Virus record (IMG/VR): IMGVR_UViG_3300032116_000047
DNA length: 64,000 bases
Reading direction: 5' to 3' (one strand)
Source: an uncultured virus (IMG/VR IMGVR_UViG_3300032116_000047)
Lineage: Duplodnaviria > Heunggongvirae > Uroviricota > Caudoviricetes
The position numbers and the translations under genes were made by a program. Within the stretch, counting starts at the first letter, position 1. Every line of letters begins with the position of its first letter. The notes under the pieces are model-generated. The model saw nothing but the letters and a program-made list of their open reading frames with translations. It ran no database searches and was not told the DNA's origin. This document shows, piece after piece, positions 1 to 6,839 of the stretch.

Positions 1-62
1 TCATTACTTGAGTTTGATAAAATGATATGATCAGAATGTAACCAGTCTACGTGCTTCATTTG

Positions 63-132
63 TACCGCGTATGAGGTTCGAACTCACTTAACATAGGATA
101 TGAGCCAATGTTCTTTTCCACTAAGCCGCGGC
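63..132 (-). tRNA. tRNA-Met (CAU), probably elongator; Ile2 not excluded; short D-arm
   Basis: Anticodon arm cattgg-CTCATAT-cctatg; T-arm gtgag-TTCGAAC-ctcat. Confidence 0.75.
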
Positions 133-138
133 ATTTTG

Positions 139-229
139 TACTCCAGGTCGGATTTGAACCGACAACGTTCACCACACAGGGTATGGGATTTTAAGTCCCA
201 TGCGTTTCAACCAGTTTCGCCACTGGAGC
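139..229 (-). tRNA. tRNA-Leu (UAA)
   Basis: tggga-CTTAAAA-tccca, long variable arm, A73. Confidence 0.9.
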
Positions 230-237
230 AATTTTTG

Positions 238-328
238 TACCTCAGGTCGGACTCGAACCGACAACGTTTGCCACTTGGGTACTAGATCCTAAGTCTAGCG
301 CGTTTCAACCAAATTTCGCCACTGAGGC
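238..328 (-). tRNA. tRNA-Leu (UAG)
   Basis: ctaga-CTTAGGA-tctag, long variable arm, GGTTCGAGTCC T-arm. Confidence 0.9.
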
Positions 329-350
329 AGTTTAACAGAGGAAAGTATTG

Positions 351-434
351 AGAGTGATTTTACTGAGGGACTTGAACCCTCAAAAGTTTGATTATAAGTC
401 AAATGTGTATACCAATTTCACGAAGTAACACTCT
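351..434 (-). tRNA. tRNA-Ile(UAU)-like element with an irregular, extended acceptor helix
   Basis: tttga-CTTATAA-tcaaa anticodon arm; gaggg-TTCAAGT-ccctc T-arm; acceptor ttact/agtaa extended by agagtg/cactct. Confidence 0.55.
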
Positions 435-450
435 TAATCACCATCTGTTG

Positions 451-523
451 TTGGAGATGTGGGTTACGATCCCACTACCTCTTGCATGTCGGGCAAGTGC
501 TCTACCAATTGAGCTAATCTCCA
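451..523 (-). tRNA. tRNA-Val (GAC)
   Basis: cttgc-CCGACAT-gcaag; T-loop ATCGTAA; U1-A72. Confidence 0.85.
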
Positions 524-529
524 ATTTTG

Positions 530-601
530 AGCTGATGGAGGGAGTCGAACCCACATATTTGCGTTACAAAGGCAATGTAATGACCATTATACGACATCAG
601 C
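530..601 (-). tRNA. tRNA-Thr (UGU)
   Basis: Loop TTTGTAA; acceptor gctgatg/catcagc; GGTTCGACTCC. Confidence 0.85.
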
Positions 602-610
602 GTTATGTTG

Positions 611-693
611 AGCACCTGGAGGGACTTGAACCCCCGTGACTGGGTTTGCAATCCAGTGCCTTCCGTATTTCTACTCCACTCGACCACAGGTGC
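611..693 (-). tRNA. tRNA-Cys (GCA) with enlarged D-loop
   Basis: Loop TTGCAAA; U73; D-loop insert gtagaaatac. Confidence 0.85.
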
Positions 694-703
694 TTATATG
701 TTG

Positions 704-777
704 TTGGACTGGCGGGTAACGATCCCACTACCTCGAAGGTATCAGCTTCGCGCTCTGACCATTTGAGCTACAGTCCA
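704..777 (-). tRNA. tRNA-Ile (GAU)
   Basis: cgaag-CTGATAC-cttcg; T-loop ATCGTTA. Confidence 0.85.
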
Positions 778-784
778 ATTTTTG

Positions 785-857
785 TAGTCCTGGTCGGTTA
801 CGATCCGACTCCCTCCACTATGTAACAGTGGCGCTCCCCCGATTGAGCTACAAGACT
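785..857 (-). tRNA. tRNA-Val (UAC)
   Basis: ccact-GTTACAT-agtgg; T-loop ATCGTAA. Confidence 0.85.
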
Positions 858-864
858 ATTTTTG

Positions 865-953
865 CGGGCCAGGCAGGATTCGAACCTACTTTATTTCAAT
901 TTTTCATACAGTGATTAACAGTCACCAGCTAAAACCAAATCAGCTACAAGCCC
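865..953 (-). tRNA. tRNA-Asn (GUU) with a long variable region
   Basis: ggtga-CTGTTAA-tcact; G73; about 20 nt variable loop. Confidence 0.8.
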
Positions 954-960
954 ATTTTAG

Positions 961-1033
961 TAACTCCTACAGGATTCGAACCTGTATCCTCGCTTTAGAA
1001 GAGCGATGTCCTGTCCCGTTGAACGAAGGAGCC
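961..1033 (-). tRNA. tRNA-Arg (UCU)
   Basis: tcgct-CTTCTAA-agcga; GGTTCGAATCC. Confidence 0.9.
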
Positions 1034-1043
1034 AAATTTTATT

Positions 1044-1080
1044 AAAACAAAAAACCCTCAGATTTTCATCTGAGGGTTCT
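1044..1080 (-). terminator. Intrinsic terminator (attenuator) upstream of tRNA array 1
   Basis: AACCCTCAGAT-gaaa-ATCTGAGGGTT followed by a U-tract, directly 5' of tRNA-Arg. Confidence 0.9.
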
Positions 1081-1107
1081 TTTTATATTTAGTTATAAAT
1101 TTACACT

Positions 1108-1221
1108 TTATAAGACAAATTTACTAAATACAGGAGAACCCTCAGATGGTCTAATATTACATAACGTAATATTCACCACATTGAGTGTCAGGTTCATCAT
1201 ATTTGTCATATTTGTTCTCAT
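1108..1221 (-). CDS. Leader peptide of tRNA array 1 (37 aa, MRTNMTNMMNLTLNVVNITLCNIRPSEGSPVFSKFVL)
   Basis: Read by hand; codons 1-24 encode only M,R,T,N,L,V,I,C, the amino acids of the downstream array; 1135-1148 is a perfect 14-nt complement of the terminator 5' arm. Confidence 0.85.
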   Translation of the reverse strand: MRTNMTNMMNLTLNVVNITLCNIRPSEGSPVFSKFVL

Positions 1222-1277
1222 TGTTGTTATATATAAAAAGTTACTACTCTCTTTAGAGTTTTTGTCATTATTTTATA

Positions 1278-1309
1278 CAAAAATAGAAAAAAGTTTTAAT
1301 TATACCAAA
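1278..1309 (-). promoter_or_regulatory. Bacteroidota sigma-A-type promoter (TTTG-N20-TATTTTTG) upstream of the array 1 leader
   Basis: Matches the established -33 TTTG / -7 TAnnTTTG consensus. Confidence 0.7.
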
Positions 1310-1341
1310 TTTTGCATTATAAATTTTAATATATATCTAAG

Positions 1342-1908
1342 ATGATGATAAAAAAATACTCCGAGTTTATAAGTGAAAGTCATTCAGATATCAAATCTGA
1401 TTTGATAAGTTATTTTGATTCTAATAAAAATGAGATTTTGAAAAAGGGTTTAGATTTTTACGAATTAAGAAATAAATTTGCACAATCAATTGATGCTCTA
1501 AATCCATTTTTTTTACAAAAAGTAAAAGATGATTTATCTAATATTGACACTTCTAATAAAGAGTTGTTTAAATCTACATTCGAAAACGTGCTATTAGAAA
1601 TAACAGAAGAATTGAAAAAAACAACAATAACTGAAAGTTTTTTCTCAACAATAAGTTCAATATGGTCTGAAATTAAAAACCATATTAAAAATGCTGTAAA
1701 ATGGATTTCAGATAGAATATGGAGCATTACTGGAATTATAACAATTGGATTAGCTGGTGCACTTTTTATTGTAAATCAATGGGGATCTGGAATAGGAATA
1801 CCAACTGAATTTGGTAATGTACTTATAAACACCGTTTTATTAATAGGAATAGCAGTTTTAAAATTCGGACAAAAAAATGATGAATATAAAAATATAAGTG
1901 AAATATGA
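1342..1908 (+). CDS. Hypothetical membrane protein with a CTS-like N-terminus
   Basis: 188 aa ORF, two C-terminal hydrophobic helices, MIKKYSEFISE start, TAATATATA upstream. Confidence 0.7.
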   Translation: MMIKKYSEFISESHSDIKSDLISYFDSNKNEILKKGLDFYELRNKFAQSIDALNPFFLQKVKDDLSNIDTSNKELFKSTFENVLLEITEELKKTTITESFFSTISSIWSEIKNHIKNAVKWISDRIWSITGIITIGLAGALFIVNQWGSGIGIPTEFGNVLINTVLLIGIAVLKFGQKNDEYKNISEI

Positions 1909-3602
1909 AACACATTAGAAACTATGAAAAGTTTAGAGAAAGTAGAAATCAATCTACAATTTCAGAAAATTCAAACAATGAATATTACTATAACTTAGGA
2001 AAAAAATCAAATAAATCAATTTTTGAATTAGAACTTTTATCAGAAGGATATTCTAAAGATATAGTAGGCTTAGTTAATGAAAATTTATCATTGTCAAAAA
2101 TCGATAATAGGATTATTGATTGTGTATGGGAATATTTAAATCAAGGCACTGAAAAAAAATTAGATTTACTTACAGAAGAATTAACAATTTTTGGAAAAAA
2201 ATTACCAACATTAGGTGATATGTATAACGGTGTGACAAATATCGTTGATAAAGGAATTGAGATAGGAAAATCAGTTGTAAAAAGTTTTAAAGATTTCTTA
2301 TCGAATATAGGAAATATAATCAAAAGTTTATTTACAAAAATAAAAAACTTCTTTGTAAAAGTTTGGGAAGCAACAAAACCTAAAATTACAGCAGCAATGG
2401 GTGTTATTAAAAAGGCAGTTGGCTCAGGAATGACTGACAAAATGAAAGGAGCTGTAGATACAATGTCTTCTGATAACGGTGTAAAAGAAATTTCGAGTTT
2501 ATCTCAAGATCTTAAAACAGTATGTGGTAAATTCTCAGCTGGTAATGTTGGGAATATGTCTGAAGACGCCGCAAAAAGATTAGAAGACGAAGCAGGTGAA
2601 TATAAAGATGTTGAAGGTGATGCTGATATTGAAAAACTAATGCAGGAATCACTTGAAAGAAGAGGAACTGTTGGTAAAATTTATTACTCAATAAAAGGTT
2701 TTATGACAGAAGGTGGTAAAATTGAAGAGATAAACTCTGCAATTTTTGAAGCAGAAGAAAAGAAAGTTGAGTTAAAAGAAGGAGATGAAGTAACTTATAC
2801 TAACAAAGAAGGAAAACAAGTAACAAAAGCAATAGAGAGAATCGAAGGAGAAGAGGCGGTATTTAAAGCTAAAGACGGAACAGAGTTTAAAAAACCAATT
2901 TCAGATTTGAAAAAGTCAGAAGGAATTGGGAAAAAATTAGCATCTGGATTTATTGGTGAAGAACCTGAAAAAAAAGGAGTATTTGGTTGGTTAGTTGAAT
3001 CTGTAGGATTTGTTTTTAATCCACTAGCTAAACTTAAAGAGACTTTAATTAAAGGAGGTACAAATGGAATCTGTATGGGAATTTCAGCACTAGCTAGAGG
3101 ATTGAAAAATGCAGTAAAATTTATAACGATAGGTGTAATTGCCGGTTTAGTTTATCATATAATTCATGGATTAATGACTTTGGCTGGTGGAGAAGGACAT
3201 GGAGGCGAAGGAGGTGAAGGAGGTGAAGGACATGGAGGTGAAAAAAATGAAGCTCCTGCTGCACCTAAAACAGAAATAAATTTAAAAAAGGAATCTTATA
3301 TTTTTGAAGCAGCTGAATTACAAGCCGACATGACTAAGAATAGTAAATTTACACCAAATTGGGAAGCAGTAAAAGGAGTTGCACTTCCGGCAGTTGGTGG
3401 TTTATTAATGGCTGCTCTTTCTCATTTTTTCCCAATAGTTCATACAATATTAGAATGCATACTTGTTGGAATAGGAATATTTGAGTTAGTGGGTGCAATT
3501 TGTAAAATACCAGCAATAAGCTCTAAAAAATTAAAAGTCTGTACATTACAACATCAAGCTCATCATTTCTTAGAGGCAAAATCTGGCGGAGCAGCACATT
3601 AA
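1905..3602 (+). CDS. Hypothetical protein with C-terminal hydrophobic helices and a Gly/Glu/His linker
   Basis: 565 aa ORF; GGEGHGGEGG low-complexity linker; start overlaps the upstream stop. Confidence 0.7.
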   Translation: MKHIRNYEKFRESRNQSTISENSNNEYYYNLGKKSNKSIFELELLSEGYSKDIVGLVNENLSLSKIDNRIIDCVWEYLNQGTEKKLDLLTEELTIFGKKLPTLGDMYNGVTNIVDKGIEIGKSVVKSFKDFLSNIGNIIKSLFTKIKNFFVKVWEATKPKITAAMGVIKKAVGSGMTDKMKGAVDTMSSDNGVKEISSLSQDLKTVCGKFSAGNVGNMSEDAAKRLEDEAGEYKDVEGDADIEKLMQESLERRGTVGKIYYSIKGFMTEGGKIEEINSAIFEAEEKKVELKEGDEVTYTNKEGKQVTKAIERIEGEEAVFKAKDGTEFKKPISDLKKSEGIGKKLASGFIGEEPEKKGVFGWLVESVGFVFNPLAKLKETLIKGGTNGICMGISALARGLKNAVKFITIGVIAGLVYHIIHGLMTLAGGEGHGGEGGEGGEGHGGEKNEAPAAPKTEINLKKESYIFEAAELQADMTKNSKFTPNWEAVKGVALPAVGGLLMAALSHFFPIVHTILECILVGIGIFELVGAICKIPAISSKKLKVCTLQHQAHHFLEAKSGGAAH

Positions 3603-3766
3603 GAATTTTTTTGAGATTTTCTTAATTTCCAATTCTCAACATCTTTTTCCATAAATTTTCTAATACGCTTAGAAACATTCATAGAATTTTCATCACAAAA
3701 TTGTTTGTATTCTTCTAATAATTTTTCTGGAATTCTTATTGAAAACATTTTATCTTTTGAAGCCAT
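3599..3766 (-). CDS. Ribbon-helix-helix (CopG/Arc-like) DNA-binding protein, 55 aa, not in the ORF track
   Basis: MASKDKMFSIRIPEKLLEEYKQFCDENSMNVSKRIRKFMEKDV...: beta-strand FSIRIP followed by two helices. Confidence 0.7.
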   Translation of the reverse strand: MASKDKMFSIRIPEKLLEEYKQFCDENSMNVSKRIRKFMEKDVENWKLRKSQKNS

Positions 3767-3807
3767 AGAAATACATTTTTATACATATATATAAATGTAT
3801 GTACGGT

Positions 3808-4362
3808 CTATTTTTTTCTTAAAAAATCTAAGTCTTCTAAAGATATTTTTATTCCGTGGTTAAATCTGTTGAAAAAATCAGCCAACTTTTTCAAGCTCTC
3901 ATCTCCAATTGCAAATAGTGTATTAGTAGGATCGAATTTAGAGTTATAAGTTGTGTCCTGATAAACTGTGACTCCTTTCTTACTAATTGTAAATTCACAA
4001 GCCATCTCATCTCCGAAGGTAATATCAACATCTAATCTTAGATTTGGAATATGCTTACCTGGACTTCTATCAAAATCAATTGTTCCTGAGCTAACTACAG
4101 TTGTTAAATCATTTCTTTTTTCTTCACTATCATCTTTAACAATATAAATATCAATTTCAAAAGTATCAGGAGCCATTGGATCTTCAATGCCATATGTTAT
4201 TTGAATCATATCAGCATTCAACATAACATTTCCTTTTTTATAAATCCATTTATCAATTCCATAATCTTGACCCTTAAAAACTGTTATAGTTTGAGGTAAC
4301 ATTTTTTCCCACTCAGAATTATAAATAGATATTCTCTCATTAAATCTTTTAAGATACTTCAT
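3808..4362 (-). CDS. Hypothetical protein (MKYLKRFNE start)
   Basis: 184 aa ORF with TATATA upstream. Confidence 0.7.
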   Translation of the reverse strand: MKYLKRFNERISIYNSEWEKMLPQTITVFKGQDYGIDKWIYKKGNVMLNADMIQITYGIEDPMAPDTFEIDIYIVKDDSEEKRNDLTTVVSSGTIDFDRSPGKHIPNLRLDVDITFGDEMACEFTISKKGVTVYQDTTYNSKFDPTNTLFAIGDESLKKLADFFNRFNHGIKISLEDLDFLRKK

Positions 4363-4372
4363 AAAGTATATA

Positions 4373-5107
4373 TTATTTTAATTTAATGAGTATGGGTAAA
4401 TGATCAGAAAGTGTGTTTTTATTTCCCTTATAAGAATAAATATAAACTTTACTCTCTATGATTTTATATTTTTTATCTACTAAAAAATGGTCATAGTTAT
4501 TTTCACTAACCGATCCATCTCTTTTAAGAGATGTTCCTTTACCACAAAGTGGCATGTTGAAGTATGTCTTTAGAGGAACATAAATAAGATGATTACAAGT
4601 AAGATTGAAATCTCCACAAATAAGACCATCCTTATAACAATACAAATCCTCAACTTCTTTTTGAGGAACTTTATTTGTTGGAACAAGATGAACTTGTCTT
4701 ATTGTTATATCTTTTTTGTTTATCTTAAAAGATGCCATAAATGGTTCTCTATCAATAGAATCTTGTAAGTTGGCATCTAATTTAGACCAATTAAGTTTTA
4801 TATTATTATTATAAAGAAAAGCGTATCTTTCAGATCCATTACCTGTAGTTTTAGATGAAATTGTATAATTATAATTTATAATTTTAGCAATTTTTATAAT
4901 ACAAGAATCACCATAAGGACCAGTTACAACTTCTTGAATAGCAATAATGTCAGCTTTTGATGATTTTATAACATTTGAAATCTGTGTAATAACAGAGTCT
5001 TTCTTAAACTTAGTCTCTCCTAAGTTTTGAATATTCCAAGAAAGTAGAGTCTGTGAATAGGTAAATGTTGTTATAAACATTAATAGAAATAGAATTAAAT
5101 TTTTCAT
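4373..5107 (-). CDS. Endonuclease/exonuclease/phosphatase (DNase I-like) protein with signal peptide
   Basis: Motifs SWNIQN, DIIAIQEV, GDFN, YDHF, SDHLPI; hydrophobic N-terminus. Confidence 0.9.
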   Translation of the reverse strand: MKNLILFLLMFITTFTYSQTLLSWNIQNLGETKFKKDSVITQISNVIKSSKADIIAIQEVVTGPYGDSCIIKIAKIINYNYTISSKTTGNGSERYAFLYNNNIKLNWSKLDANLQDSIDREPFMASFKINKKDITIRQVHLVPTNKVPQKEVEDLYCYKDGLICGDFNLTCNHLIYVPLKTYFNMPLCGKGTSLKRDGSVSENNYDHFLVDKKYKIIESKVYIYSYKGNKNTLSDHLPILIKLK

Positions 5108-5303
5108 TAAATTTGTTTTTATTTCTATTTATAAAAAAAGTACAGTTATTTTTTGGACTTCTTTTTTCTTTTGAATGTTTTAAGTATCAAACCAACACAA
5201 TCAATCTTTGATTTTTCTTTTTTGATTTCTCTAAAATAGGCTTTACTTCCCTGAAATTCACCTTTAATTACCACTTTATCTTCCATATCTCTTTAATTAT
5301 TTT

Positions 5304-5486
5304 TTATATAAAACCTTTAATTTTATTAGCTTCTATTTTAAAAACAACAAAGTCTTCAATTTTACAATTTTTTAAAATTGAGTTTCTGTCGAAAACTTTT
5401 CCAGATGGAAATGCAGTAAATGTTCCATCACTATTTTTGTAAATAGTGTAGAGCTTACCATCTAATATGTTTTTAAATATTGTCAT
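5304..5486 (-). CDS. Small hypothetical protein
   Basis: 60 aa ORF preceded by TAATATATA. Confidence 0.55.
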   Translation of the reverse strand: MTIFKNILDGKLYTIYKNSDGTFTAFPSGKVFDRNSILKNCKIEDFVVFKIEANKIKGFI

Positions 5487-5506
5487 TTAGTATATATTAA
5501 TTTTTG

Positions 5507-5545
5507 AGCGATAGGTGAGGTTCGAACTCACGACCCCACTCTCGC
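5507..5545 (-). pseudogene. tRNA-Gly minihelix (acceptor stem and T-arm only)
   Basis: gcgagag...ctatcgc-U73 plus gtgag-TTCGAAC-ctcac; D and anticodon arms absent. Confidence 0.65.
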
Positions 5546-5555
5546 GTTTTTAATG

Positions 5556-5643
5556 AGCAGGTAGTGGGATTCGAACCCACGGTGTGAACCTTATCTGACC
5601 GGATTGGAAATCCGGAGCCATCGACCAACTAGGCGATACCTGC
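5556..5643 (-). tRNA. tRNA-Gly (UCC) with a long variable region
   Basis: ccgga-TTTCCAA-tccgg; U73. Confidence 0.85.
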
Positions 5644-5648
5644 AATTG

Positions 5649-5722
5649 TGGACACATACGAGCCTCGAACTCGTGACTCCTGGGTGCAAACCAGGTATGA
5701 TAGCCGTCTTCACCAATGGCCC
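5649..5722 (-). tRNA. tRNA-Ala (UGC)
   Basis: cctgg-TTTGCAC-ccagg; G3:U70; one-nt bulge in the acceptor stem. Confidence 0.85.
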
Positions 5723-5729
5723 AATTTTG

Positions 5730-5810
5730 TCGACAAGGTGGGATTCGAACCCACGTTTTCAACTTCCCGCTACGTGTATAGAATGTATAAGATTCCAACG
5801 GTACTTGCCG
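5730..5810 (-). tRNA. Non-canonical, D-armless tRNA-Ile(UAU)-like RNA
   Basis: Acceptor cggcaag/cttgtcg + A73; T-arm gtggg-TTCGAAT-cccac; hairpin ggaat-CTTATAC-attct lies just after the acceptor 5' strand. Confidence 0.55.
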
Positions 5811-5844
5811 AAATAAAAAAACCCAGTCTTTTGAGACTGGGTTA
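5811..5844 (-). terminator. Intrinsic terminator (attenuator) upstream of tRNA array 2
   Basis: AACCCAGTCT-caaa-AGACTGGGTT followed by a U-tract. Confidence 0.9.
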
Positions 5845-5867
5845 AATAAATATGTAGAGTCAAAATC

Positions 5868-5948
5868 TTACATAACATAACTCAGTCTCTCGACTAAACG
5901 CCCCGCGCCTGTCGCTATAACTCCTGATATGTATGTGAAATTTTTCAT
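5868..5948 (-). CDS. Leader peptide of tRNA array 2 (26 aa, MKNFTYISGVIATGAGRLVERLSYVM)
   Basis: Codons 7-16 are ATA tca GGA gtt ATA GCG aca GGC GCG GGG; 5878-5889 matches the terminator 5' arm at 11/12. Confidence 0.8.
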   Translation of the reverse strand: MKNFTYISGVIATGAGRLVERLSYVM

Positions 5949-6003
5949 TGTTTCTATTTTATGTTATTATATATTAAAAGTTTTACTTTTCCCTTTAATT
6001 TTG

Positions 6004-6086
6004 TTGGAAGGGAGGGATTCGAACCCCCGTACTCGTAAGAGATTTGATTTACAGTCAAACGCATTTAGCCACTCTGCCACCTTCCA
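6004..6086 (-). tRNA. tRNA-Tyr (GUA)
   Basis: tttga-CTGTAAA-tcaaa; variable arm. Confidence 0.9.
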
Positions 6087-6093
6087 ATATTTG

Positions 6094-6170
6094 AACTACC
6101 CATAGGACTCGAACCCATAACCCTCGGGCCGTGTGACCCGTGTGCAAACCAATTTACACCATAAGTAGTT
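6094..6170 (-). tRNA. tRNA-like gene, anticodon undetermined (6-nt loop CACACG); possible pseudogene
   Basis: D-arm, cgggt/gcccg stem and GGGTTCGAGTCC T-arm present; loop irregular. Confidence 0.5.
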
Positions 6171-6265
6171 AATCAAGTAGATATATCAGAAATTACTGGT
6201 ACCAAATCTCACTGCGATATGTGATACATCTTCTTGTTAGAGTCGGTTAATTACTCCGACTTTTG

Positions 6266-6337
6266 TAGTCCCACGGAGGATCGAACTCCGATTTCTAGGA
6301 TGAAAACCTAACGTCCTAACCATTAGACGATGGGACC
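6266..6337 (-). tRNA. tRNA-Glu (UUC)
   Basis: tagg-TTTTCAT-ccta; acceptor ggtccca/tgggact. Confidence 0.9.
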
Positions 6338-6344
6338 ATATTTT

Positions 6345-6479
6345 TTATTCATATCCTAATATGAATATTTCGTATAAAACTTCATCATTAAATGTAGAAA
6401 AACTACAAGGGTCAAATTGTTCAAAGTTTTTACACCAAGCTTTGAATACTTTAGACTTTATAGAAGGAACTCTTTTCAT
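6345..6479 (-). CDS. Small hypothetical protein (likely start MKRVPS)
   Basis: Follows the TTTG-N20-TATCTTTG promoter; the upstream extension in the ORF track overlaps the terminator. Confidence 0.45.
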   Translation of the reverse strand: MKRVPSIKSKVFKAWCKNFEQFDPCSFSTFNDEVLYEIFILGYE

Positions 6480-6498
6480 ATTTGTTTCTTTTGTTTTA

Positions 6499-6530
6499 CA
6501 AAGATAAGGTAACTTTTCAAATCTACCAAA
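6499..6530 (-). promoter_or_regulatory. Bacteroidota-type promoter TTTG-N20-TATCTTTG downstream of the array 3 attenuator
   Basis: Consensus match. Confidence 0.7.
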
Positions 6531-6550
6531 TCTTTTTAAAATATTTTTAA

Positions 6551-6586
6551 ATAAAAAAACCCAGACCGAAATCGGACTGGGTTTGT
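6551..6586 (-). terminator. Intrinsic terminator (attenuator) upstream of tRNA array 3
   Basis: AAACCCAGtCCG-attt-CGGtCTGGGTTT followed by a U-tract. Confidence 0.85.
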
Positions 6587-6603
6587 TTAAAGTAATCAAA
6601 TCG

Positions 6604-6675
6604 TTACAACATACAAACTCGTCCGACTGGGTTTAAACCCTCGGCTTCGTAATAATATGTTGCTAATCCTTTCAT
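6604..6675 (-). CDS. Leader peptide of tRNA array 3 (23 aa, MKGLATYYYEAEGLNPVGRVCML)
   Basis: TAT TAT TAC GAA gcc GAG run matches downstream tRNA-Tyr and tRNA-Glu; 6613-6626 is complementary to the terminator 5' arm. Confidence 0.8.
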   Translation of the reverse strand: MKGLATYYYEAEGLNPVGRVCML

Positions 6676-6693
6676 ACTTTTTAATTTTTTTAG

Positions 6694-6766
6694 TAGCGGG
6701 GGCCGGACTCGAACCAGCGACCTCTAGGTTATGAGCCTAGCGAGCTACCAACTACTCCACCCCGCA
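6694..6766 (-). tRNA. Initiator tRNA-fMet (CAU)
   Basis: Unpaired U1:U72; ctagg-CTCATAA-cctag; lies upstream of leader 3, so outside attenuation. Confidence 0.85.
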
Positions 6767-6839
6767 ATATTTTTATTGTATGTGTATATATAAAAAAGTT
6801 TTATTCTCTTTTAGAAAATTATTAAATAATATATACTTT

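Noticed and set aside
100..639. ORFs 100..285 and 388..639 (+)
   Set aside because: They are antisense to tRNA genes; the open frames arise from GC-rich tRNA sequence.
1044..1221. T-box riboswitch as the control mechanism for the tRNA arrays
   Set aside because: No T-box UGGNACC bulge or stem I specifier structure in any of the four leaders; a translated-uORF model fits better.
3186..3240. GGAGGTGAAGGA-type tandem repeat
   Set aside because: It encodes an in-frame Gly/Glu/His linker and is not a separate DNA element.
5550..5845. ORFs 5550..5798, 5604..5816 and 5648..5845
   Set aside because: They overlap tRNA array 2 and its terminator.
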